This document shows, piece after piece, positions 37,458 to 47,119 of a stretch of DNA of 55,751 nucleotides (position 1 is the first letter of the stretch; each line of letters opens with the position of its first letter). Location: contig CAMASG010000005.1 of NCBI GenBank assembly GCA_945860945.1, positions 1 through 55,751 on the forward strand, given 5' to 3'. A program made the translations under genes and the position numbers. Under the pieces are notes generated by a model. That model was given only the letters and a program-made list of their open reading frames with translations. It was not told the origin of the DNA and searched no databases. The DNA is from Akkermansia muciniphila (GTDB lineage: Bacteria; Verrucomicrobiota; Verrucomicrobiia; Limisphaerales; SIAT01).

Positions 37458-38494
37458 TGGATCTCACCGATCTCACGCGGGCGCCCGAGACCGACCCGCT
37501 GCCGATCTTCCGCCAGCGCGACGGCATTTACGCCACCGATCTGCTGGGTGCGGCGGTGGCGCATCTCGATTTCTTCACGTGGCTCGACAAAAATCCGTCT
37601 GACATCGCTACGATCTGCCGCGCGTTCAGTTTTCACCAACGGCCGGTGGACGTGATGCTCACGCTTTTCTGCGCGATGGGGCTTGTAGAGAAACGCGCCG
37701 GCGTGTTTCACGTTTCGGTATTGGCGCGCGAACATCTCGTTGCCGGTTCGCAATGGAATCTCGGGCCGTATTTCGGTTCGCTCAAGGAACGTCCAGTTTG
37801 CCGCGATTTCGTCACCATCCTGCGCACCGATAAACCCGCGAACTGGGGTAGTTACAAGGACGAGCGCGAGTGGGCGAAGGCGATGGAAGGCGAGGAGTTC
37901 GCGCGCGGCTTCACGGCGGCGATGGATTGCCGCGGCGTTTATCTCGGCCAAGGACTCGCGCGGCAGGTGGATTTGAGCGGCAGCCAACGACTGCTCGACA
38001 TCGGCGGAGGCTCGGGCATTTACGCCTGCGCGCTTGTGGCGCGGCACACGCATCTGCGCGCAGCGGTGCTGGAACGCGCGCCGGTGGACGCGATCGCGCG
38101 CGCGAAAATCGCCGAGCGCGGCCTGGCCGACCGCGTCGAGGTGGTGACAGGAGATTTCTTCGCCGGACCGTTGCCGGACGGGTTTGACGCCCATCTTTAC
38201 TCGAACGTGCTGCACGATTGGGATGCGCCGACGGTGCGATCTCTCCTCGCCAAATCGCACGCCGCGCTGCCGGTGGGCGGACGGTTGCTCATTCACGACA
38301 TGCATTTGAACGCGGAGAAAACCGGACCGCTGCCAGTCGCCAGTTACTCGGCCATTCTGATGGCCGTGACGGAAGGCCGCTGCTATTCAGTGGCTGAACT
38401 GGAGGCGTGGTTGCTGCAGGCCGGCTTCGCCGAAGTGACCTTTGCGTCGACGGCCGCGGACCGCAGCGTGATTGCGGCACGGAAAGCGCGTTGA
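37454..38494 (+). CDS. SAM-dependent O-methyltransferase with dimerisation domain
   Basis: LLDIGGGSG, GDFF, SNVLHDW; ATGA overlap with the upstream stop. Confidence 0.88.
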   Translation: MMDLTDLTRAPETDPLPIFRQRDGIYATDLLGAAVAHLDFFTWLDKNPSDIATICRAFSFHQRPVDVMLTLFCAMGLVEKRAGVFHVSVLAREHLVAGSQWNLGPYFGSLKERPVCRDFVTILRTDKPANWGSYKDEREWAKAMEGEEFARGFTAAMDCRGVYLGQGLARQVDLSGSQRLLDIGGGSGIYACALVARHTHLRAAVLERAPVDAIARAKIAERGLADRVEVVTGDFFAGPLPDGFDAHLYSNVLHDWDAPTVRSLLAKSHAALPVGGRLLIHDMHLNAEKTGPLPVASYSAILMAVTEGRCYSVAELEAWLLQAGFAEVTFASTAADRSVIAARKAR

Positions 38495-38576
38495 AGAAAC
38501 GTGCTGTTGTCGCTGAATATTTGATTGCGGTCGGGGTCGAACTGGGCGAGAAATAGGATGTAGCTTTTGGGTCGAT

Positions 38577-41500
38577 ATGATGCGCAGCAACCCAACGCGT
38601 TTTTCAGCCGGTTTGGGAGGTCTTATTGCTATGATGATTCGTTTGTTTCGCCACGGCTTGGCATTGGCCGCACTGTTCGCTCTGTTGAACGCGGCGCACT
38701 TCGCGCCGGTGGTTTTCGCGCAGCAGAATAATGACCCCGCCCTCGAGCTCTATTTCAGCGCCAACGGCCTCTACAATCGCAAGCTCTACGAATTGGCCGC
38801 GGGCGACTACAAAAGCTTCCTCACCAAACATCCTCGGCACGAGAAGGCGCCGCACGCGAAGCTCGGTTTGGCGTTGAGCCTCTTCAACCTCGGCCGTCAC
38901 GCCGAGGCCGAACCGGTGCTGGCCGACCTCGCGTCGAGCTCGAAGTCGCCCGAGCCGGAGCAGGTGCATCTCGTGTGGGGTCAGTCGCTGCTGATGCTGA
39001 ACAAAGCCGCGAAAGCGGAGGAAGCTTTCACGAAAGCGCTCAAGCAGGAGAAGGCTGTGCTGCGCGACAACGCGGTGGCCGGTCTCGTCGAGGCGCTTTT
39101 CCAGCAGCAGAAATGGAAAGAGGTCATCACTCGCGGCGATGAGCTGGCGAAGGGGAAGGCTGCCTACACGCCGCGCGCGAAGTTTCAGGGCGCCGTTGCC
39201 CGCTACGAGTTGAAGCAATACAAGGAAGCCGCTGGACTACTCGGCGAGCTGGTGACTGAGGCGAAAAACCTCCCCTTCGCGCAGCAGTCGATCTTCTTGC
39301 TCGCCGAATGCAAACGCGAGCTGGGCGACCTCGCGGGCGCGGAGACGCAGTATGATGCTACGCGCAAACTCGACGGACAGTTTACCGCTGACGCGCTCTT
39401 CCGACTCGGTTTCGTCCGGTTCCAGCAGAAGAAATTCGCTGCGGCTGCAGCCGACTTCGCCGAGTTGCGCGCGAAGCACAAGAATCATTCTTCCGCCAAG
39501 TCCGCTGCAATTTATCTCGGCCGCGCCCAGCTTGAGAACCGCGACTTCAAGTCCGCCGAGACCACGCTGGCGGAGCTCGCCGCTGAGCCCGCCGCCAGTG
39601 GGGACATCGCGCTTTGGCAGGCGCGCGCGTTCTCGCGTCAGCAGAAATACGCCGAGGCTTCGGACGTTCTCGGGAAGGCGGTGGTGCGTCACTCGAAAGA
39701 TCCGTTGCTGTCCGACCTACTCTTCGACCACGGCAACGCGTTGCTCGGTGCTGGGAAATTTGCCGATGCGGCCAAGTCCTTCGCGCGGATCACCGACGAG
39801 TTCCCCGAGTTCCCGCAAGCAATTGATGCGCTCCGGTTGCACGCGCTCTGCTTGCATCGCGCTGGACAGTTCGCCGCCAGCCACGCTCTTTGCAGCGAAT
39901 TTCTCGCGAAGAATGGCGATTCGCCCGCGACGGCCGAGATCGCCTTTCTTCAAGCGGAGAACCTTTTCTTCCAAGAGAAGTTCGACACGGCGCTGCCGGC
40001 TTATCGCAAGTTCATCGTCGCGCACGTCACCAGTCCGCAGCGTGCCGCCGCGCAACTCCGCGTGGGGCAGTCTCTCTATCAGCAGCAGAAATGGGCCGAT
40101 GCGGTGAAGGAGTTGGAGCCGCTCACCAAATCGAAGAAGACCGAGCCGCTCTTCGCGCAGGTGGAGTTCCTCCTCGGCGATTGCCTTTTCCAGCAGGAGA
40201 AATGGGCCGATGCGATCGGTGCGCTGAATCGTTTCGTGGCCTCGGAGCCGAAAGATCCGGACGCGGATACGGCGTTGCTCAAGATCGCTTTGGCGCACGA
40301 CCGGAATGGTGCGCGCGAGAAGTCCGCCGCCGCACTCGACCGTCTCGCGCGTGAACATCCGGCCAGCGCGCATCTGCCGCACGCGCTTGTCGAAATCGGC
40401 CGGTTGCGTCTGGACGCGAACGATCTCGTCGGCGCTCGCAAAGCGCTCTCGCAGGTTGCGTCCGCGATTGCTGCGCCCCGCACGGCACCGAGAGGTGCTC
40501 CTGAGCAAGGTTCGGGCGCGCGCGTGCTCGTGGGGTTGAATGGATCGAAGGCGCCGGCCACGCCCGCGGCTGCGGCGCAGTATTACCACGGCTGGGCGGA
40601 GTATTATCTCGCGTGGACCGCGCTCGGTGAGAAGAACGAGGACGAAGCGGTGAAGCAGTTCGGCATCGTGGCGGACAAGTTCGTCGGTCACTCGGCTGCG
40701 TCCGATGCGCGACTGCAGCTCGCCGTGCTTCTCGCGCGGCGGAATGACGCCGGTTCCGCCACCGCCGCGCAGGCCGCGCTCGCGAAGTTCATGAAGGAGA
40801 ATCCGAACGACGCGAAGATCGACCAAGCCGCGTTCCATCTCGGCAGCGTCTTCGCGAAGCAGCGCCAGTGGGCGCCGGCGCTCGAGCAATTCCACAAGGT
40901 CGCGTCGATGGAGAAATCCCCGCTGCGCGACCGCGCATTCTACGAAGCGGCGTGGGCGGAGAAGGGCGCGGGCCGTAACGCCGCTGCCGCGAAGGAATAC
41001 GAGGCGCTGCTCAGCAAGTTCGCGCAAAGCCCGCTGGCCGGTCCGGCTGCGTTCGAGTTGGCCGAGTTGGAATACGAGGCGAAGAACGTGGACGGCACCA
41101 TCAAGCGACTCACGCGTCTGCTCGCCGACACGAAGGACGCCGGCCTGCGCAGTCGCGCGCAGTATCGTCTTGCGTGGTGTCAGTTCGACAAAGGCGACTT
41201 CACCGCGGCCGCGAAATCTTACGAGACCGTGCTTAAGGACGCGCCGCCCGAGTTGATTGCCGTGGCTTCGTATCAAGCCGGTGAATCGCAACTCAAGCTC
41301 AAGGCGTACAAGGCCGCGCTCGCTCACTTCCAGAAATCACTCGCTGATGCTGGTGGCGCGGAGGTGAAAGAACAGGCGATGCTCCGCACCGGCGAGTGTC
41401 AGGCGTTGCTCACTCAGTGGGCCGACGCGGAGAAGACGTACGAGAGCTTCACCGAGAAGTTTCCGAAGCACGATCTCGTTCGCCGAGCGAAGCTCGGGCT

Positions 41501-41840
41501 CGGTTGGTCGCGCGAGAACCAGCAGAAGTTCACCGAGGCGCTCCCGCTTTACGAATCAGTAATCACCAGTGGCGAGCGCGATGATCTCGCCGCGCGCGCG
41601 CAGTTCCAGACGGGCGAATGTCTTTTCGCGCAGAAGAAAAACGACGACGCCATCCGCGCGTTTATCAAAGTTGAAATCGGTTACGGCTACCCCGAGTGGA
41701 GCGCGCGTGCGCTGCTGCGCATCGGCAACGTGCTCGAGCGAAAGGGCGACCGCCCCGGCGCGCTGGAGCGTTTCAAGGAAGTCGCACAACGCTATCCCGA
41801 CACCGACGCCGCGCAAATCGCGAAGGAGCGGCTGCGCTGA
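38577..41840 (+). CDS. Large secreted TPR-repeat protein with CpoB/YbgF-like C-terminus (start may be 38631)
   Basis: Signal peptide then TPR pairs throughout; ends ARALLRIGNVLE...EVAQRYPDTDAAQIAKERL. GGGAGG precedes ATG 38631. Confidence 0.85.
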   Translation: MMRSNPTRFSAGLGGLIAMMIRLFRHGLALAALFALLNAAHFAPVVFAQQNNDPALELYFSANGLYNRKLYELAAGDYKSFLTKHPRHEKAPHAKLGLALSLFNLGRHAEAEPVLADLASSSKSPEPEQVHLVWGQSLLMLNKAAKAEEAFTKALKQEKAVLRDNAVAGLVEALFQQQKWKEVITRGDELAKGKAAYTPRAKFQGAVARYELKQYKEAAGLLGELVTEAKNLPFAQQSIFLLAECKRELGDLAGAETQYDATRKLDGQFTADALFRLGFVRFQQKKFAAAAADFAELRAKHKNHSSAKSAAIYLGRAQLENRDFKSAETTLAELAAEPAASGDIALWQARAFSRQQKYAEASDVLGKAVVRHSKDPLLSDLLFDHGNALLGAGKFADAAKSFARITDEFPEFPQAIDALRLHALCLHRAGQFAASHALCSEFLAKNGDSPATAEIAFLQAENLFFQEKFDTALPAYRKFIVAHVTSPQRAAAQLRVGQSLYQQQKWADAVKELEPLTKSKKTEPLFAQVEFLLGDCLFQQEKWADAIGALNRFVASEPKDPDADTALLKIALAHDRNGAREKSAAALDRLAREHPASAHLPHALVEIGRLRLDANDLVGARKALSQVASAIAAPRTAPRGAPEQGSGARVLVGLNGSKAPATPAAAAQYYHGWAEYYLAWTALGEKNEDEAVKQFGIVADKFVGHSAASDARLQLAVLLARRNDAGSATAAQAALAKFMKENPNDAKIDQAAFHLGSVFAKQRQWAPALEQFHKVASMEKSPLRDRAFYEAAWAEKGAGRNAAAAKEYEALLSKFAQSPLAGPAAFELAELEYEAKNVDGTIKRLTRLLADTKDAGLRSRAQYRLAWCQFDKGDFTAAAKSYETVLKDAPPELIAVASYQAGESQLKLKAYKAALAHFQKSLADAGGAEVKEQAMLRTGECQALLTQWADAEKTYESFTEKFPKHDLVRRAKLGLGWSRENQQKFTEALPLYESVITSGERDDLAARAQFQTGECLFAQKKNDDAIRAFIKVEIGYGYPEWSARALLRIGNVLERKGDRPGALERFKEVAQRYPDTDAAQIAKERLR

Positions 41841-41848
41841 ATGATCTG

Positions 41849-44800
41849 ATGCCGACACGCCACAACTGCAATGTTCCGTCGCCGCGCCCCGCGCGGAAGG
41901 GACGTCGTTGGCTTGTGGCGCTCGGTTTCGTTGCGTGGGTTGGATTGCTTTCGAGTGCAGAGCCATCCGTTCCCGCCGCAGTTTCCGCCGCTCCACTCCC
42001 TTCCGTGGCGTCGGACAAGATCGAGGCCGTGCTGCACACGCTCGTGCAGTACAAGTGGTCCGTGCTCCTGCTGCTCCTCTCGCTGATCGGGCTCATCCAC
42101 ATCGCCCGCAAGCTTGCCACCGAGAGCGAACGGCGCAAGCTGAACATCATTCAGCGCTGCCTCATCGGCTCAATCATCCTCCATTTGTTGGCGGGCTTCT
42201 TCTTCACCGCGTGGGTGGTTTCAAACGCTGTGAAACGTTCCGTGATCGAAGTCTCCGCCGAGTCGAACCTCGTGCCGATTGATCTCGCGAGCCTCGACGG
42301 TCAGGGCGAAGGCGGTGGGGGCGAAGCCGACCCGCGTCTGTTGCAGGCGTTGCGCGAACAGGTTTCCAATCTACCCCGCGCGGCCGCGGGAATGTCCGTT
42401 GCCAGAGCCGCCGGACAATCGGGCGGCGGCGGTGGTTCGCCGATGCGCAACGGCAACGTGATGACCGGCGGCGCGACGGGTCGCACGGCGCCGTCAGCGT
42501 CGTTCACGGTCTCCGAGAGTTCTCCGACAGAGAACGGCCGATTGGAGACCGCGAGTTCCACCACGCTCGCTCCGCAGGCCGCGCAGATGAGCGGTTCACT
42601 CGAAGCCCGCGCCGACACGAGTGTGCCGCGTCCCGAGATGGTCCGTCCGTCGCTCGACCTCACCGCGCCGAGTCGGATGGCGGTGCAACAGGTCACGCCC
42701 GAGATGGCGCGGCCCGCGATGAACGTGCGCGTGCAGCGTCCCGGCACCTCGGCTTCGCGGATGGTGCAGGTCGCCACGGCGGAATCATCGGGCGCGACCG
42801 GCGAGTCCACCTCCGCATCGGCATCGCTCCCCGCAGCCAGTGCCGCTGGTGCGGCCAGCGCTTTGTCGGCGATGTCCGCGAACACCCCTTCCACCACCGG
42901 TGTGCAAATGGAATCGGCCCGGCCCGTGGCCGCCAGCGCATCTGGCCCGACGATGCAGAATCCTTCCAGCCGGATGGACACCGCGCGCGGCGAAGCGAAT
43001 GCCAGCGGCGCAACTTCCACGCGCGCCGAGATGAGCGCGAGCTCGCCCACGCGCGCGGCCACGGCACGCAGCGCGGCTGGTTCCGCCGTCGGCTCGTTCG
43101 GAGCGACGAGTGACAGCGCAACGCGGAGCGAGAGTTTGAGCGCAGCCAGTGCGGCCGGTGCGATGGCGGCAATGGCCGGCGGCAATGCCAGCGGCGCGGC
43201 ATCATCAGCGATGCAGATGGAAGCGGGCCGACTCGGCGGCAGCGCGACCGGTGCGACGTCGGGTGCAGGAATGGCCAGCGCCTCCAGTCGGATGGATGTC
43301 GCGCGCGCAGCGGGGAGCGCGGGCGCGAGTGGAAATAGTTCTGCCACGCCAGGCCGCGCGGCGATGGGCAACGGCGCTCTGGCCGGTGGCGCATCAGGTG
43401 CAGCGGGCGCAGCGCGCGGTTCTTCAGCGGTCGGTTCATTTGGCCCCGTGAGTAGCGGCAACAGCGGTGGCGGTGGTGAAGGTTTGGCGGCGGCGAATTC
43501 CGCCAGTTCACTTTCTTCATCCACCGGCAACGGTGCTGCTGGTGGCAGTGCCGCCGGCGGAATGCAAATGGAAGCCGGCCGACTCGGCGGTGGTGCGTCG
43601 GGCGCGCGATCGGGTTCGGGTCTTGCGGGCGCTTCAAGTCGCATGGATGTGTCGCGGTCGGGTTCGGGCAATGGCTCGAGCAACGGCGGTTCAACCGCGC
43701 CGGGTCGCGCGGCGATGGGCAACGGAGCATTGGCAGGCGGCCCCTCCGGTGCAGGGCAGGGCAGCGGATCTTCGGCAGTCGGCTCGTTCGGGCCTGTGAG
43801 CGGCGGCGGCGGTTCGGGCGGTGGTTTGGGTTCGGCGAGTTCTGCCGGTTCGCTTTCATCGATTGCCGGCGGCGGTTCTGCGAGTGGTAGTACCGGTGGC
43901 GGAATGCAAATGGAAGCAGGACGACTCGGCGGTGGTGCTGCGGACGCACGCTCAGGTTCGGGTCTTGCGGGCGCTTCAAGTCGGATGGATGTGTCGCGCT
44001 CGGGTTCGGGTAATGGGTCGGGTAACGGCGGTTCAACTCCGCCGGGACGGGCGGCGATGGGCAGTGGCACGGGGACTGGCGGCAAGAGCGGTGCGGGTCG
44101 CGGCACGGGTTCTTCGGCGGTAGGCGCGTTTGGTCCGGCGACCGGTGGTGGTTCGGGCGGTGGCGAAAGTTTGGGCGCGGCGGGAGCTTCGGGTGCGTTG
44201 GGTGGGACGCCTCAATTTGCGATGACCGGTGGCGGCGGTTTCCGGGCGGAGATGGCGTCTCCCGCCGCGGGCGCGGCCGGCAGAGGCTCAGACGTGGGAC
44301 GCGCCTCGAGCAAGGTGGGCGTGAGCCGCGCGAGTGGCGCTGGTAGTGGCGAAAGCGGCAGCGGTCCGGCGCGACTGGGCGGTCCGGGTGGAACCAGCGG
44401 TGGCGCGAGCAAGTTTGGTTCCTTCGCTGCAGCGCAGAAAGTGGAGTTCGGTTCCGGCACGAGCGATGGCGGCCGCGGTTTGGGCGGGGTGAATTTTGGA
44501 CAACCATCCGCAGCACCCAAGTTCGGCGAAGCGGATGTGAAGTTAGAGACGCGCCCGGCGAACATTGCCGCCACGCCGAAGCCGACGTCCGTTCCCGAAG
44601 CCCGTCCCTCTGCACCCATCGCGTCGATGAAGGCCGCACCGATTGTGACGAAAGTCGAACGGCCGGTGTCGTTGATCGCGAAGGCACCGATGGATTTGGC
44701 ACCGCTGCGCTCGGTGTTGCAGCCGTCAGCCAAGGTCGAGAGCGTTCAACTATCGCGTCCGTCGGAGCTGCCGACTTCTGCCGCGACGCGGTTGATGGAT

Positions 44801-45892
44801 ATGGCCGTGCCGGTGCGTCCGGCGGTCTCGTCTTTGATCGACACGAAGAACCCGCTCGCGCTGCGCTCGCCGGAGATGCGCGCGGGATTGCTCGAGCAAC
44901 TCGGCGGCAACGATGAGACGGAGGCGGCGGTGCGGCGGGCATTGGAATGGTTCAAGCGCACGCAGGAGCGCGACGGCCATTGGACGCGCGGCGGGCAGGG
45001 GCATCACTCGTCGGCGACGGCGCTGGCGATGCTCTGCTTCATGGGCTACGGCGCGAAGCACACCGAACCGGGGCCGTATCAAGAGACGCTTGAGCGCGCG
45101 ATGTCGTGGCTTTTGAAGCAGTCGAAGGCGGAGGGCGATGTGCGCGGCGACGGCGATTTGTACGATCAGGCGATCGTCACGATGGCGTTGGCCGAGGCGT
45201 TCAACCTCACGAAAGATCCACGACTGCAAGAGCCGGTGCGCAAAGCGGTGTCGTTCATCGTGACGGCGCAGAACAAAACAACCGGCGGCTGGCGTTACAA
45301 GCCGTGGGCGCGCGATCCGCAGGAGAAGGGCGATCTCTCGGTGACGGGCTGGCAAATCATGGCGCTGAAGAGCGCGTCGCTCGCGGGCGTGGAAGTGCCG
45401 AGTTCGGCGTTCACGGGCGCGGGGAAGTTTATCGAATCGCTCGGTCGCGGCCGGCATGGCGGGCTTTACGGCTATCGCTCGTCGGATCCGGAACCGAAGC
45501 CGACGATGACGGCGCAGGCGCTTTTCTCGCGGCTGCTGCTGGGGCAGGGAACGGGCGACGCGCGCACGGCGGAGACGCTCGTTTATATGCGCGAGCAATT
45601 GCCCAGCCTGCGCGAGGTGAATTATTACTACTGGTATTACGGCTGCCTCGCGCTTTATCAGCATCAGGGCGCGGTGTGGGAGGAATGGAACGGACGGATG
45701 CGGCCGATCTTCCTGAAGGCGCAGCGGCGCGACGGCCAACTCTCGGGAAGCTGGGACGCCGAGGGCGATCGCAAGGAAACCTACGGCCGCTTCATCACCA
45801 CCGCTCTCGCCACGCTTTCGCTCGAGGTCTATTATCGTTATCTGCCGCTCTACAAGCCGACGCTGACGGCTGCGAGCGAAGCGCAGAAGTAA
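41849..45892 (+). CDS. Membrane-anchored protein with Gly/Ser/Ala repeat linker and C-terminal prenyltransferase/squalene-cyclase-like barrel
   Basis: N-terminal hydrophobic helices including SIILH, long low-complexity region, QW-like motifs (QERDGHW, QNKTTGGW), C-terminal LEVYYRYLPLY. Confidence 0.82.
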   Translation: MPTRHNCNVPSPRPARKGRRWLVALGFVAWVGLLSSAEPSVPAAVSAAPLPSVASDKIEAVLHTLVQYKWSVLLLLLSLIGLIHIARKLATESERRKLNIIQRCLIGSIILHLLAGFFFTAWVVSNAVKRSVIEVSAESNLVPIDLASLDGQGEGGGGEADPRLLQALREQVSNLPRAAAGMSVARAAGQSGGGGGSPMRNGNVMTGGATGRTAPSASFTVSESSPTENGRLETASSTTLAPQAAQMSGSLEARADTSVPRPEMVRPSLDLTAPSRMAVQQVTPEMARPAMNVRVQRPGTSASRMVQVATAESSGATGESTSASASLPAASAAGAASALSAMSANTPSTTGVQMESARPVAASASGPTMQNPSSRMDTARGEANASGATSTRAEMSASSPTRAATARSAAGSAVGSFGATSDSATRSESLSAASAAGAMAAMAGGNASGAASSAMQMEAGRLGGSATGATSGAGMASASSRMDVARAAGSAGASGNSSATPGRAAMGNGALAGGASGAAGAARGSSAVGSFGPVSSGNSGGGGEGLAAANSASSLSSSTGNGAAGGSAAGGMQMEAGRLGGGASGARSGSGLAGASSRMDVSRSGSGNGSSNGGSTAPGRAAMGNGALAGGPSGAGQGSGSSAVGSFGPVSGGGGSGGGLGSASSAGSLSSIAGGGSASGSTGGGMQMEAGRLGGGAADARSGSGLAGASSRMDVSRSGSGNGSGNGGSTPPGRAAMGSGTGTGGKSGAGRGTGSSAVGAFGPATGGGSGGGESLGAAGASGALGGTPQFAMTGGGGFRAEMASPAAGAAGRGSDVGRASSKVGVSRASGAGSGESGSGPARLGGPGGTSGGASKFGSFAAAQKVEFGSGTSDGGRGLGGVNFGQPSAAPKFGEADVKLETRPANIAATPKPTSVPEARPSAPIASMKAAPIVTKVERPVSLIAKAPMDLAPLRSVLQPSAKVESVQLSRPSELPTSAATRLMDMAVPVRPAVSSLIDTKNPLALRSPEMRAGLLEQLGGNDETEAAVRRALEWFKRTQERDGHWTRGGQGHHSSATALAMLCFMGYGAKHTEPGPYQETLERAMSWLLKQSKAEGDVRGDGDLYDQAIVTMALAEAFNLTKDPRLQEPVRKAVSFIVTAQNKTTGGWRYKPWARDPQEKGDLSVTGWQIMALKSASLAGVEVPSSAFTGAGKFIESLGRGRHGGLYGYRSSDPEPKPTMTAQALFSRLLLGQGTGDARTAETLVYMREQLPSLREVNYYYWYYGCLALYQHQGAVWEEWNGRMRPIFLKAQRRDGQLSGSWDAEGDRKETYGRFITTALATLSLEVYYRYLPLYKPTLTAASEAQK
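42902..44240 (+). repeat. Four tandem ~310-350 nt coding repeats
   Basis: Units start at 42902, 43211, 43562 and 43904; each has QME, SSRMD, RAxM and GSAVG/SSAVG..FG motifs in the same order. Confidence 0.9.
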
Positions 45893-45928
45893 GCGAAGCG
45901 AACGGCTGCGGCCGGCGTCGTTGAATTT

Positions 45929-47110
45929 ATGCAATCCATGAAAACTCCCTGTTGGTTTCGCTTGGCGTTCGCGTTCTCACTGTCACTGGTGGTGCTCGCG
46001 CGCGGCGCGGATGAAGGGCTTGTTCCGCTTTTCAACGGCAAAGACCTCACCGGTTGGGTGCCGGTGAATGTCGCGCCCGGTACCTTCACCGTGCGCGATG
46101 GAATAATCATTTCTACCGGCAAACCGACCGGCGTGATGCGCACCGAACGGATGTACGAGAACTTCATCATCGAGTTGGAGTGGCGCCATCTGAAAAGCGG
46201 CGGCAACGCCGGCCTTTTCATCTGGGGCGATCCGATGACGGCGCGCGGCACGCCCTTCGCGCGCGGTATCGAGGTGCAGATTCTCGACAACGGCTACGCC
46301 GCTAAAGGCAAGAACGAGTGGTTCACCACGCACGGCGACATCTTTCCGATTCACGGCGCGACGATGACGCCCGCAGGCCGCGTGGCGAAGAGCGGTCGGC
46401 GCAGTTTCCCTGCGGAGGATCTTTCGAAAAGTGCGCCCGAGTGGAACCACTACCGCGTCGTCGCCAACAACGGCGAGGTTCGCCTCAGCGTGAATGGTAA
46501 AGAAGTGACGGTCGGCAAGGAGAGTTCGCCGCGCAAAGGTTATCTCTGTCTCGAAAGCGAAGGGAGCGAGTGCCACTTCCGAAACATCCGCATCAAAGAG
46601 TTGCCCTCCTCGAATCCATCGCCCGAGCAGACCGCGAAGTTGGCGGAGGGTTTTATCACGCTTTACACCGGCGTGGATCTCGCCGGTTGGCGTGCGGATG
46701 CCGCCGCGAAGGAGCACTGGCGCGCGAGTGATTGGCGGCTCGAGTGCGATGCGAAGGCCGGCACGCCGCCGCTCACGACCGAGAAGGAGTTCGGCGATTT
46801 CGTGCTGATTCTGGATTGGCTCTCTTCCGCTAAACCGGATCCGGCGAAGCCCGCCGACGTGGGCGAGATTGCCCTGCTTGGTTCGTTGCCCAACGGATTG
46901 GCGCTCGTGAAATTGGATCGCGCGCAGGCCGGCACCTGGCATCGTCTGCAGATCACACGTCGCGGCGATGAACTGACTGTGGAGCAGGATGGCAAGCCCA
47001 CCGGCGAGAAGCGGCGCGTGGCCGGTCTGCCGAAGCGGGGTTCGATTGAGCTGCGCAGTGCGGGCGAGCCAATCGTCTTCTCCAATATTTTTCTGCGCGA
47101 GTTGAAGTGA
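45929..47110 (+). CDS. DUF1080 (3-keto-disaccharide hydrolase-like) protein, two domains, second degenerate
   Basis: LFNGKDLTGW, EVQILD, EWNHY, FRNIRIKEL; second copy LYTGVDLAGW...FSNIFLREL. Confidence 0.88.
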   Translation: MQSMKTPCWFRLAFAFSLSLVVLARGADEGLVPLFNGKDLTGWVPVNVAPGTFTVRDGIIISTGKPTGVMRTERMYENFIIELEWRHLKSGGNAGLFIWGDPMTARGTPFARGIEVQILDNGYAAKGKNEWFTTHGDIFPIHGATMTPAGRVAKSGRRSFPAEDLSKSAPEWNHYRVVANNGEVRLSVNGKEVTVGKESSPRKGYLCLESEGSECHFRNIRIKELPSSNPSPEQTAKLAEGFITLYTGVDLAGWRADAAAKEHWRASDWRLECDAKAGTPPLTTEKEFGDFVLILDWLSSAKPDPAKPADVGEIALLGSLPNGLALVKLDRAQAGTWHRLQITRRGDELTVEQDGKPTGEKRRVAGLPKRGSIELRSAGEPIVFSNIFLRELK

Positions 47111-47119
47111 AAACGCCCG

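Noticed and set aside
42902-44240. Repeats as a CRISPR array or non-coding repeat
   Set aside because: Units are in frame, over 300 nt, diverge at synonymous positions, and no cas genes are present.
44900-45892. Functional squalene-hopene cyclase
   Set aside because: Single barrel, no DxDD motif, and no hopanoid genes nearby.
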